Source: Candidatus Roizmanbacteria bacterium | Lineage (GTDB): Bacteria; Patescibacteriota; Microgenomatia; UBA1406; HO2-37-13b | Assembly: GCA_038127095.1 (NCBI GenBank) | Contig: JAYPGZ010000001.1 | Coordinates: 72,205 to 136,204, forward strand | Length of the DNA stretch: 64,000 nucleotides | Reading direction: 5' to 3' | Shown: in pieces, positions 20,367 to 29,455 of the stretch | How the letters are laid out: every line of letters starts with the position of its first letter | Position numbering within the stretch: position 1 is the stretch's first letter | The notes under the pieces: generated by a model | Database searches by the model: none | The model's input: the letters and a program-made list of their open reading frames with translations, nothing else | Told to the model about the DNA's origin: nothing | Translations under genes and position numbers: made by a program

Positions 20367-20827
20367 TTGTAAAGTTTTAGCCTATTCCTAGGAATAGTAT
20401 ATCCAAGCGTTGTACCGCGACATTTAACATGTAACCGAGTATTACTATTCCACGATACAATCACACTTGCCACTTCTTTATCGAATAGTAGGCGCATTAA
20501 ATCTATATCATGCCATTCCAATGTACAGACTTCCTGATCCGCACAGACTAAGCATATAAGTAAATTTTTATCGGTTTGAATTTCTCGTAGTTTTACGATA
20601 TCAGACTCAGTAAATGTAAAAGAAGAATAATGTCTTCCTTTTCTACCAATTCTTACACCTGAAGTTGATTTGACAAAGATTTTATGTGTTATGTGGTTAT
20701 CAGTTATTTCGTAGGCGCTCCACTCAAAATCATCGCTCTTCTCAAGCAGCTTTACGTTCACAAGTGTGCTTCGAATTATTTGACATAACACTGCTCCATG
20801 GTAAAGTTCAAATTTTGATATAGCCAT
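20357..20827 (-). CDS. Hypothetical protein in defence operon
   Basis: 156-aa ORF between SNF2 and Mod genes. Confidence 0.7.
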   Translation of the reverse strand: MAISKFELYHGAVLCQIIRSTLVNVKLLEKSDDFEWSAYEITDNHITHKIFVKSTSGVRIGRKGRHYSSFTFTESDIVKLREIQTDKNLLICLVCADQEVCTLEWHDIDLMRLLFDKEVASVIVSWNSNTRLHVKCRGTTLGYTIPRNRLKLYNWS

Positions 20828-20836
20828 TTTAATTAA

Positions 20837-23797
20837 TTAAATGATCTGCCACCTTATAGTAAACAGCGGTTCTAGTTTAGATTGCTGGGTCAATCGAGAT
20901 TCAACTGTCTCAAGCAACTTCTCTTTCTTTAATTCTACATCATCCTGTGTTTCAAATAATCTCTTCCTCATCTCATTCCTCTTCTTCTCCCAATCTTTGA
21001 TTTCGCGTTGAGCAATCAATTTTTCATCAAGATTTAATATTTTTTTTGCATTTGTTTTTGCAGTTTTTATATCAATATCAAGTTTCCTTAAATCGAGTTC
21101 CAATGCCTTTTTAACATCCTCAGCCCAGTTGTCCAACTTATCTACTTCATGATCAAAAAAGCTACCATTACGTTCAGCAATCTGACTAGTTGTAATCTTT
21201 AGATATTTATTCTCCAGTTCATCGATTTCTGTTTTTAGTTTTGGTGAGATAGCATATTGTCCTCCGATTGTAGCTGACAATTGAAATATCTTCTTAATAA
21301 CCTCTGGTTCAAGTACATCACCATCATCAGTTATAGCTGAAAACAGAATATGATCTTCTGACTCAAATGACTCAACTGTCAAGTTTGAGATTTTCAGAAT
21401 GCCCCCTTTACCTATGAGTGGCTGTAATACAGTAATAATTGTTTGGTTGTTAGAGTAGTTAAAAGCTACTTCTGCTTCATCTGACGGTCGAGATTTAATG
21501 TCATTCAATATCCTTTGAGCTAATGAATGAGCGGGTCTATACACATGTGCGTCCTCAATATTTTTTCCAATCTTATATGGGCCCGGATCAATATTCTCGC
21601 CTTCAAAAGGGTTTCGTTTGAGAACAAAAGAATATTCATTGTCTGAAAAATCAGCATTGTCTCCCAAATAGAATTTAGTTGTATCCCACAACCATCTATT
21701 ATAAGTATCTAAATACATGGCGCTTTCTCTTAAGTTGATTTTAAGTTTTTCGTGAACTTCAGCATCGAAGTTTTCGAGAAGTGTCTGCCGTGTATCTGAA
21801 AGATTATTCTTAATACTCTCATCCATTTCCTCTTGAAGGGCATCAAACGCATTATTGATTTCTTCAGTTGTTCTACATTCTTGATATATGTTGGCTATGC
21901 GCTTTTCAAAATCTACTCCAGACTCAATTGTTCCCAATACCTCGTCACTTGCACCAAAAACCCCTTTGAAAAGTTTGAATTTTTGATCAAGCAGATCATA
22001 AACCCTGCTATCAGCAGCATTTTTTCGGTTTACAAAGTTTATAACCACAACATCATGTTTTTGACCATATCGATGGCATCTACCAATACGTTGCTCGATA
22101 CGTTGTGGATTCCACGGCAAGTCATAGTTAATAACTAAAGAGCAGAATTGTAGATTTACCCCTTCAGCCGCAGCTTCAGTTGCGATCATAATTTCAGCTT
22201 CATCTCGAAAATACTCAATGAGTGCGGATCGCATATCAGCAGTTTTTGAACCTGTAATTTTGTCTGTATCCTTATTTTCCTCTAACCATTTAGCGTAGAT
22301 CTCCTTTGATTTAGGATCATTATTTGAACCATTGAAAAGTACAATTTTGCCTTTATAGCCATTCTCCGGCAACAGTGTTTCAAATAGGTACTTCTGTGTA
22401 ATAGTTGACTCAGTGAAAATGATTGCTTTCTGTTTAGCTCCCAATTCATGAGTCATCTCAAACCCCTTTTTAAGCGCAATAAGTAGCGCATCGCCCTTTG
22501 AATTGTTGAAGATTGCCTTGGCGAGGTCTCTAAATTTTTTAAGATCAACTTTCTCCTTTTCCATCAATTGAATATCTTCTTTAGTAAATTCTTTAGTTTT
22601 CTTCCCTTTTTCTTCATTTTCATCCTCATCTTCCTCATCATCAATCCACTCATCCGATATTTCATCAAAACCTTCAAAGTTCTGAGCCAAATCTGTGGTA
22701 TCGAATTCATTTTGAGTACTTTTTAAGGATATTTTAGCTTCATCTATGAGATAGCCCAACTTGATAACAAGATTATTTAATGTGCTTGCAATAGCAAAGG
22801 ATGAAGAGGCTAACAACTTGCGCAGTATTAGTGTCATTAGTTGACGCTGGCTAGAAGGTAGCGCATAGAGCGTTGGCCTTTGTAGGTATTCGGACATCCC
22901 ATCGTATAGCTCTACTTCCTGTTTTGTAGGTGTGTAATCCTGAGTGATGGGGCGTCTCTCGGTGTAATTGATATATTCTAAAACTTGCCTACGCAGGGTT
23001 CGGATACATACTACTTCTAAACGTTTTCTAAGGTCTAAAAACATTTCCTGTTTTGGCTCAACAAGTCCGACTTCATTTTCGTAAATATCTTGTTCACGTG
23101 AAACTCGAGCGTAGTTTGCCTTAAAACTTCTAAGGTCCCCAAAAACATGATCATCAATAATGCTTACCAGACCATATAATTCCAATAAAGAGTTCTGCAG
23201 TGGGGTAGCAGTAAGTAATATTTTTGGGACACCAGCAAGAGATTCCTTAATATCTCTAGCAATCTTATTACTTGTTTTATAAACATTTCGAAGTCTGTGT
23301 GCCTCATCAATAACTGCTAGGTCCCATTTTGTTTGCTTAACATATGGCGCCTTAGTTCTGGCAAAGTGATATGAACAGATTACAATCTTATCGTCTTGAT
23401 TAAAGGGATTAAGATTGCCATCTTTAATACTTTGATTAAATGATTTTGTCTCAAGAATTAAGGATGGCAAAAAAAACTTTTCCTGCAACTCAGTATTCCA
23501 CTGTTTACGCAAAGCAGCTGGTACAATGAGTAATATATTTCTCTTTCTTTCAGCCCATTTTTGAGACAATACCAACCCAGCCTCGATTGTTTTGCCCAAA
23601 CCTACTTCATCAGCAAGTATGGCTCCCCTGGAAAGAGGCGATTTAAATGCAAATAGCGCAGCTTCTATTTGGTGAGGATTGAGATCAACTTGAGCATTTG
23701 ATAGTGTTGAAGAAAGCTTTTCTAGACTATCGGATGAACACCGTTTTGTCAGCTCATAGGCAAAATATTTTGCATGATATGGAGTAATTTTTGTCAT
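20837..23797 (-). CDS. SNF2-family helicase
   Basis: LADEVGLGKT, DEAHRLRN, LTATPLQN, EGVNLQ, YDLPWNPQRIEQRIGRCHR. Confidence 0.93.
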   Translation of the reverse strand: MTKITPYHAKYFAYELTKRCSSDSLEKLSSTLSNAQVDLNPHQIEAALFAFKSPLSRGAILADEVGLGKTIEAGLVLSQKWAERKRNILLIVPAALRKQWNTELQEKFFLPSLILETKSFNQSIKDGNLNPFNQDDKIVICSYHFARTKAPYVKQTKWDLAVIDEAHRLRNVYKTSNKIARDIKESLAGVPKILLTATPLQNSLLELYGLVSIIDDHVFGDLRSFKANYARVSREQDIYENEVGLVEPKQEMFLDLRKRLEVVCIRTLRRQVLEYINYTERRPITQDYTPTKQEVELYDGMSEYLQRPTLYALPSSQRQLMTLILRKLLASSSFAIASTLNNLVIKLGYLIDEAKISLKSTQNEFDTTDLAQNFEGFDEISDEWIDDEEDEDENEEKGKKTKEFTKEDIQLMEKEKVDLKKFRDLAKAIFNNSKGDALLIALKKGFEMTHELGAKQKAIIFTESTITQKYLFETLLPENGYKGKIVLFNGSNNDPKSKEIYAKWLEENKDTDKITGSKTADMRSALIEYFRDEAEIMIATEAAAEGVNLQFCSLVINYDLPWNPQRIEQRIGRCHRYGQKHDVVVINFVNRKNAADSRVYDLLDQKFKLFKGVFGASDEVLGTIESGVDFEKRIANIYQECRTTEEINNAFDALQEEMDESIKNNLSDTRQTLLENFDAEVHEKLKINLRESAMYLDTYNRWLWDTTKFYLGDNADFSDNEYSFVLKRNPFEGENIDPGPYKIGKNIEDAHVYRPAHSLAQRILNDIKSRPSDEAEVAFNYSNNQTIITVLQPLIGKGGILKISNLTVESFESEDHILFSAITDDGDVLEPEVIKKIFQLSATIGGQYAISPKLKTEIDELENKYLKITTSQIAERNGSFFDHEVDKLDNWAEDVKKALELDLRKLDIDIKTAKTNAKKILNLDEKLIAQREIKDWEKKRNEMRKRLFETQDDVELKKEKLLETVESRLTQQSKLEPLFTIRWQII

Positions 23798-23882
23798 AAA
23801 TTTTTTGTACTTGTTATGCTTTTCACTTTGGCCTCATTTTATCAAAAATCGGCTCCTAATACAAAGGGCATAGAGGTTTGAA

Positions 23883-24542
23883 ATGTGCTATAGTATTTAT
23901 ATGACGCCAACTACATTGGTCATTGTGATATTTGCGATCGTAGCTATTTTTGTTTACCTCATATTAAAACTCATCGATGCACTTATCAGGATCTCCCAAC
24001 GAATTGAATCAACCAATACACATCTTGATGAGATACATATTGAAATGGCAGAGCTTGCACAAATCTTAAGTACAACATTGCTGGGGCTTAAGAGTAAAGA
24101 TGATGATCTTGATTCACGCGTTGAGGATCTTGAAAATATTGCTGACCCAACATACGATGAAGATGATTTAGATCCATTTTATGATCAGGCTGTAAAAATT
24201 GTAACTGAATCAGGAAGTGCTTCTGCATCATTGCTTCAACGTCGACTCGACATCGGCTATGCCCGAGCCGCACGATTAATCGATGTGCTTGAATCAAAAG
24301 GTATTGTGGGACCAGCTGAAGGCAGTAAGCCACGTCAGGTTTTCTCATCAGCAACGGAAGCTGAGCCCTTATTTGAACAAGCAATTAAACTTGGTCAAAA
24401 AGAAGGCAGAATTTCTCCAGCAATGTTACAAAGAAATCTACAGATTGGTTATGCCCGAGCTGCACGTATTATGGACTTACTTGAAATTGAAGGGTATATT
24501 GGGCCCGCAGATGGAGCAAAGCCACGACTAATTTTAAAGTAA
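23883..24542 (+). CDS. Membrane-anchored protein with two tandem FtsK gamma domains and no motor
   Basis: N-terminal TM, coiled coil, two repeats SASLLQRRLDIGYARAARLID.LE..GIVGP..GSKPR; likely start 23901. Confidence 0.85.
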   Translation: MCYSIYMTPTTLVIVIFAIVAIFVYLILKLIDALIRISQRIESTNTHLDEIHIEMAELAQILSTTLLGLKSKDDDLDSRVEDLENIADPTYDEDDLDPFYDQAVKIVTESGSASASLLQRRLDIGYARAARLIDVLESKGIVGPAEGSKPRQVFSSATEAEPLFEQAIKLGQKEGRISPAMLQRNLQIGYARAARIMDLLEIEGYIGPADGAKPRLILK

Positions 24543-24543
24543 T

Positions 24544-24948
24544 ATGCAACTAAAGAGAGTTCTTATCCTTGAAGATGACCTCGAAACCGTTTCTGTGCTA
24601 TTGGGTAAACTTGCAAGCCTTGAAAATGAACTCATGAAATCTGATAGGAAAGTTGAGTTTTCTTTCATGGTGATGTCCGAATATACAGATGTTGATACGA
24701 TGATAAACGGGCTGGATGCTGAATCGTTTGATATTATTCTGCTTGACAGAGATTGTAAGGTTGCCGGCTCATTCCACATTTTAGATATCGAAAAATTTGG
24801 GGTAGATAAAGTGATCTCTATATCTTCAACACCTCCATATAATGAGGACGCAAAGCAACGAGGAGTTAAACGGGTAGCGCATAAGGACTATGCGAATCTC
24901 ACTACATTTGCAGATGCGGTAATGGATCACATTAAAGAGCTTATATAA
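24544..24948 (+). CDS. Stand-alone receiver (CheY-like) domain protein
   Basis: VLILEDD acidic pocket, FDIILLDRD, ISISS, terminal K. Confidence 0.65.
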   Translation: MQLKRVLILEDDLETVSVLLGKLASLENELMKSDRKVEFSFMVMSEYTDVDTMINGLDAESFDIILLDRDCKVAGSFHILDIEKFGVDKVISISSTPPYNEDAKQRGVKRVAHKDYANLTTFADAVMDHIKELI

Positions 24949-25097
24949 CTACCATCGCCATCGATGGTAATTTATTCGATCTTTTAGCCACGAATCACTT
25001 GCATTTTGTTTCCTCTTTATCCTTATAAATAAGGAAAGGGAAACACTTTCCTCCCTTATCGTATATAATAGGGAGGATTAAGGTGGGCTAAACTACA

Positions 25098-25871
25098 ATG
25101 ATACATACAAACATAACTAACAAACAAAAAGAAATACTTCTTCTTCTCTACCGATTCCGGTTTCTCAACAGACAGCACATACAAACACTCCTTCGTCATA
25201 AAAACAAAAAGAATATAAACACGTGGCTCAAAGATCTCACAGAAAAAGGATACATAAACAGAATATTCAAACGATCATGGACAGAAAACTCAGTACCGGC
25301 AAAATACTACATCGCACTCAATGGCATACGATATCTTAAAACCAATCCAGACTGTAAAAAAGAATATCTTCGTAAGCTTTATCGTGAAAAGGACCGCTCA
25401 CAAAAATTTATCGATAAATGTCTCTTTATTGCAGACATTTACATTCGGTTTTTGAAAGACTCTGTGGAAAATATCACCCATTATCAATTTTCCACACAAT
25501 CTGACTACACGCCCGGCAGCATCGTAACCGACATCATGCCCGATTTTCTGGTCATTACAGGAAACAACAATGTAAAACAATACCATCTCTTCCAGCTATT
25601 TCCTGAGGGAACGCCCCGTTTTGCAGTTCGCAAGCGTATTGAGCAATATATGACATTTTTAACTGAGGAAGACGGCACGCACTTAAATGCTGTTCTTCAC
25701 CTTGTGGCACATACTGAGGCATTATATGTATATTTAACTCGCCACACTGAAAGAATCCTTGAGGATGAGAGTATATCGGTACCAATTCGAGTACTATCGT
25801 ATGATCAGATCGCACAGCACGGATTACAGCTTGAAGACCCGGAAACAACTGATGAGTCAGAACTCGAGTAG
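25098..25871 (+). CDS. Replication-relaxation family (relaxase-like) protein
   Basis: N-terminal wHTH (EILLLLYRFRFLNRQHIQ..WLKDL..KGYI), MPDF nuclease-like motif; lies within the conjugative element. Confidence 0.7.
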   Translation: MIHTNITNKQKEILLLLYRFRFLNRQHIQTLLRHKNKKNINTWLKDLTEKGYINRIFKRSWTENSVPAKYYIALNGIRYLKTNPDCKKEYLRKLYREKDRSQKFIDKCLFIADIYIRFLKDSVENITHYQFSTQSDYTPGSIVTDIMPDFLVITGNNNVKQYHLFQLFPEGTPRFAVRKRIEQYMTFLTEEDGTHLNAVLHLVAHTEALYVYLTRHTERILEDESISVPIRVLSYDQIAQHGLQLEDPETTDESELE

Positions 25872-25877
25872 CACATC

Positions 25878-26294
25878 CTACATCAGCCCTTTCTCCTTCA
25901 TGCTTATATATGTACCCTTCGCATAAATAATATGGTCGATAACCTTTATACCCAATATATTTCCGGCATCAATCATCCGTCTGGTTGAGGCAACGTCTTC
26001 TGAGGACGGATTAGGATCACCAGAGGGGTGATTGTGGGCGAGAATAATCTGCGATGTGCATTCTCTCACTGCTCGAACAAACACTTCCCGCGGATGAACC
26101 AGTGACGCATTGAGTATTCCTATACTTACCAGCTCAAACGTTGTAATATTACTCCGTGCATCAAGATGAATTACAAAAAAATGTTCTTTATGACGATCAA
26201 TACCGTCTTGTGTCTTAAAAAACCTATCAAGCAAATTATAGAGCCCTTTCGAATTACTTATTTTTTTCATTGACTCACTGACTTTTATTTTCAT
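25878..26294 (-). CDS. RadC-like JAB domain protein
   Basis: VSIGILNASLVHPREVF, AHNHPSGDPNPSSED, VIDHII. Confidence 0.93.
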   Translation of the reverse strand: MKIKVSESMKKISNSKGLYNLLDRFFKTQDGIDRHKEHFFVIHLDARSNITTFELVSIGILNASLVHPREVFVRAVRECTSQIILAHNHPSGDPNPSSEDVASTRRMIDAGNILGIKVIDHIIYAKGTYISMKEKGLM

Positions 26295-26318
26295 ACTAGT
26301 GGAATTAAAATTTTTAAT

Positions 26319-26356
26319 AAAAAACCGCAGGCAACGGTTACGCCCGCTACCTGCGG
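26319..26356 (-). terminator. Probable rho-independent terminator after DUF2958-like gene
   Basis: Stem CCGCAGG (26325-31)/CCTGCGG (26350-56) followed on the minus strand by a T-run. Confidence 0.6.
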
Positions 26357-26367
26357 CTTACAACACC

Positions 26368-26661
26368 TCATCTTTTGGGCAACTCAGACAACCGACATGG
26401 TGTAAAGTACCTATCTCGTTCAACCGGCAGTCCCAATGCGCCTCGTACTGTACTGATCTCTGAAAGCGAAAAATACCCAAGTTCCCGTTCAAACCCATCG
26501 ACCAGGCCGTAAAATGTGTCATTACCATCAAATTCAACGACATACCACGTCCAGCTTGAGTCTGGTGTAAAAAACTTACACCATACCATCGGATCTTCAG
26601 TATTCTCACTTGCATACAACTTCGGCAGCTTGCTGCGGATATCTGCAGTCAATAGCATCAT
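26368..26661 (-). CDS. DUF2958-like mobile-element protein
   Basis: LPKLYASE, KFFTPDSSWTWYVVE, FYGLVDG.ERELGYFSLSE, VERD.YF; SD AGGAGGT before ATG 26661. Confidence 0.8.
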   Translation of the reverse strand: MMLLTADIRSKLPKLYASENTEDPMVWCKFFTPDSSWTWYVVEFDGNDTFYGLVDGFERELGYFSLSEISTVRGALGLPVERDRYFTPCRLSELPKR

Positions 26662-26710
26662 AAACCCCACCTCCTTTCGATATGAAAATTGATAAATCAG
26701 GTCAGGTATG

Positions 26711-26906
26711 CTCCTGTCCTTCAAAAAAGGGGCATGGGGTGAAGACGTAGGCTGTCAAAAGTTTCGCAAGAAAGGATTGTAATGCCTGTCAGAAAAATGA
26801 TGACATCAATAATGAACAGTCATTATTGTCATTTTTCTACAGGTTTACATACCCGCCTTTTGACAGATGCGGCAAACCCCATAAAATAGGAAAGAAAGGA
26901 CAGGAG
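26711..26906. promoter_or_regulatory. ~196-nt imperfect hairpin, Frpo/ssi-like single-stranded DNA promoter
   Basis: Nested complementary arms; TTGACA (26860-65)-N16-TAAAAT (26882-87) in the 3' arm. Confidence 0.65.
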
Positions 26907-26909
26907 AGA

Positions 26910-27326
26910 CTAGCTTTGTTTAGGTTTTTCAATCACCTGAAGATACATAGAATAGTCATAATCTGCATTACCTTTTTCAAGAACATATTTTCCGGTTGGT
27001 TCATTCCCAAGCACTATACATGGAACAGCTGACTGAGCAAGTTCAAGATAGGAATAATAGGTACGATAGTCATCACTCATAATAAATAGGTCATCCTTTT
27101 GATACACATGTAAGTATGGATATCTGCCAGCTTTGATATCCATAAGCACACTATGAGAAAAGGCAGACGATGGTTCCGGTTTATATTCTGAAAATGGTTT
27201 GATTCCTTCGATTTGTATGACCGCTTTATAGAAAGGAAGCTGCTTTTGCAGCACTTTCCTAAAAAGTTCTGAAAACATAGAATCCATTGGGATTTTATTG
27301 TCTATTTTTATATCTGAAATGTTCAT
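26910..27326 (-). CDS. Hypothetical protein, possible ParB/Srx-like fold
   Basis: 138 aa; LHVYQKDDLFIMSDDYRTYYSYLELAQSAVPCIVLG. Confidence 0.55.
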   Translation of the reverse strand: MNISDIKIDNKIPMDSMFSELFRKVLQKQLPFYKAVIQIEGIKPFSEYKPEPSSAFSHSVLMDIKAGRYPYLHVYQKDDLFIMSDDYRTYYSYLELAQSAVPCIVLGNEPTGKYVLEKGNADYDYSMYLQVIEKPKQS

Positions 27327-27555
27327 GGGTGATTAGATATGCTAAAAAGACCTTCAGCCGGTCACAAACTAGTAGTGCTGACTATTATAGCAGTATTTAT
27401 GCGATAACAGACAAAGGGATGGTAAGTATTAAGGTTTTTTAGAAATTTATTTTCTCGAATTTTTCTGATAAGAAAAATTAAAACGGCGAGGTAAAAAGCC
27501 TTGAAGTATCTGTTTCCGGAATCCGTTCACTATAATAGGGATTTTATTTATATAT

Positions 27556-28608
27556 ATGCCTATAACTGTGAACAATTCAACATATAAAACGCTTATCAGC
27601 ACTGATAATATATTTAAGGCATGGTATGCCTTTCGGAAAGGAAAGCGAAAAAAGCCCGATGTAATGTTCTTTGAGCGCCATCTTGAAGATAATTTGTTTG
27701 CACTGCAGGATGATCTGGAGAAGGGTCAGTACCGCCATTCGGGATATCTTGAATTTACGGTACAGGATCCTAAAAGTCGACTCATTCACAAACCACATGT
27801 CAGAGACAGGGTTGTTCACCAGCTTCTGTATGAATATCTCTATAAACTTTATGACAAAACTTTTATCTACGACTCATATTCATGCAGAATTGGTAAGGGA
27901 ACGCATAAGGGTGTCGGAAGGCTTATTCAGTTTAGTATAAAAGAATCGCAAAACTATTCACGTAGCTGCTGGAGTGTAAAATGCGATATAAAGAAGTTTT
28001 TTGCAAACATTGATCATAAAGTCCTTCATGATATTCTCGTACGTAAAGTACATGATCCACTTATACTTTTTCTGCTTGATATCGTTATTGACAGCTTCCA
28101 TACGAAAGATGCCCTTGGCAAAGGCCTCCCATTAGGAAACCTCACCAGTCAGATATTTGCAAATATTTACATGAATGAATTTGACCAGTTCATAAAACAT
28201 AAGCTTAAGGTTATATATTTCATTCATTATGCCGATGACTTTATCCTGGTTTCACATAACAGAGTATATCTTGAACAGCAAATTGAGCCAATGAGAACAT
28301 TTCTGAAAGATACCCTAAAATTAACTATGCACCCTGACAAAGTTATCTTTAGAAAACTCGACTGGGGTATTGATTTTTTAGGGTATATTGTGCTTCCCCG
28401 GTATGTTTTACCCAGAACTGCAACAAAGCATCGCATATTCAGAAAAATAAAGAAACGTGCAGATGAGTATCTCGATGGTGATATTTCCATGTATCAGCTG
28501 AGACAGTCGGTACAGTCATACCTTGGATATCTGTCACATACTGACGGATATAAGCTTTCACTGGAAATTAAAAATTACGTCTGGTTTCTGACGGGCGAAT
28601 CAGTATAA
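27556..28608 (+). CDS. DGR reverse transcriptase
   Basis: DPKSRLIH, RDRVVHQ, YSCRIGKGTH, DIKKFF, GLPLGNLTSQ, YADD, IDFLGY; 350 aa with no maturase or endonuclease domain. Confidence 0.95.
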   Translation: MPITVNNSTYKTLISTDNIFKAWYAFRKGKRKKPDVMFFERHLEDNLFALQDDLEKGQYRHSGYLEFTVQDPKSRLIHKPHVRDRVVHQLLYEYLYKLYDKTFIYDSYSCRIGKGTHKGVGRLIQFSIKESQNYSRSCWSVKCDIKKFFANIDHKVLHDILVRKVHDPLILFLLDIVIDSFHTKDALGKGLPLGNLTSQIFANIYMNEFDQFIKHKLKVIYFIHYADDFILVSHNRVYLEQQIEPMRTFLKDTLKLTMHPDKVIFRKLDWGIDFLGYIVLPRYVLPRTATKHRIFRKIKKRADEYLDGDISMYQLRQSVQSYLGYLSHTDGYKLSLEIKNYVWFLTGESV

Positions 28609-28967
28609 TGAATGGCACTATGTTTCAGCTTGATATTCCGCTTCTTGACAAATTATATGCGTTTTATAAAGAAATCACAGTTGTTATTGTTTCCTTCCCA
28701 AAATCACGTAAATATACACTCGGAGAGCATATTGAAAGACTGACCCTTGAGATTATTGAACTTGTCATATCTGCCGGATATAAACCAAAGGAGGAGAAGC
28801 TGGAGACCGTTTATGAGATCAGTGCAAAGCTTGATGTTTTGAAAATGCTGGTTCGCCTAGCTTATGAGACAAAATGTATGCAGAGCAAGGATTACCAGTG
28901 CCTGTCAGCTGATCTTTCAGAGACCGGCAAAATGACAGGCGGCTGGATCAAATCCTTAAAACAGTAA
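28608..28967 (+). CDS. avd: DGR accessory variability determinant (Avd, four-helix bundle)
   Basis: FPKSRKYTLGEHI, LKMLVRLA, ETGKMTGGWIK; TAATG overlap with RT stop. Confidence 0.9.
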   Translation: MNGTMFQLDIPLLDKLYAFYKEITVVIVSFPKSRKYTLGEHIERLTLEIIELVISAGYKPKEEKLETVYEISAKLDVLKMLVRLAYETKCMQSKDYQCLSADLSETGKMTGGWIKSLKQ

Positions 28968-28977
28968 TGGAACGCTC

Positions 28978-29089
28978 TCAGGGGACGGAAACCGGTATTG
29001 TCATTGTGATTGGACGCATTGTTCCAATTGACGTTCGACAAACCACCATTATCGGAATTACCACCGATGAGACGGCTATCGGAACCGAA
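28978..29089 (-). repeat. DGR template repeat (TR)
   Basis: 112-bp ungapped copy of 29473-29584; nine AAY codons; all 13 differences fall at TR adenines on the minus strand. Confidence 0.95.
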
Positions 29090-29376
29090 CCAACGTGCTT
29101 CTCTCCTATTCCGACTCACTGTGCCCAGATTACTCCACAACACTGTATTTTATACGTTTTATCTTTTTATGAAATAAAACTAACAGAGAAGCACACACAG
29201 CTTTCCTTCCTGTTTATATTCCCGCCGGCATATTTACGCTTCTTTTCCCACATAAGAGAACAGAACTCTGAAAGTGATGCCGGGAGAAAGCAGAGCAGCC
29301 GGCAGGCGTACCTGACCGGATAGTGGCTTTGCTAAGGTCAATTGTAGCAGATAATATTCGGAAATCTCAAAAAATT

Positions 29377-29393
29377 TTTTGGCTTCGCCAAAA
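29377..29393 (-). other. Hairpin downstream of VR (candidate DGR target-recognition stem-loop)
   Basis: TTTTGGC-GAA-GCCAAAA about 60 nt after the target stop codon. Confidence 0.6.
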
Positions 29394-29455
29394 TCCAAGA
29401 ATCCAATACACAAAACACCAATACAAGAACCAAGATAATCAAGAGTACAAGGATT

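Noticed and set aside
27556-28608. RT as a group II intron, retron or Abi RT
   Set aside because: Short, has the LGxxxSQ motif, adjacent Avd and a TR/VR pair; no intron or msr/msd features seen
28892-29143. 83-aa ORF resembling the target C-terminus (second target?)
   Set aside because: It is the translation of the TR (Asn-rich AAY codons) and overlaps avd antisense; best explained as non-coding template
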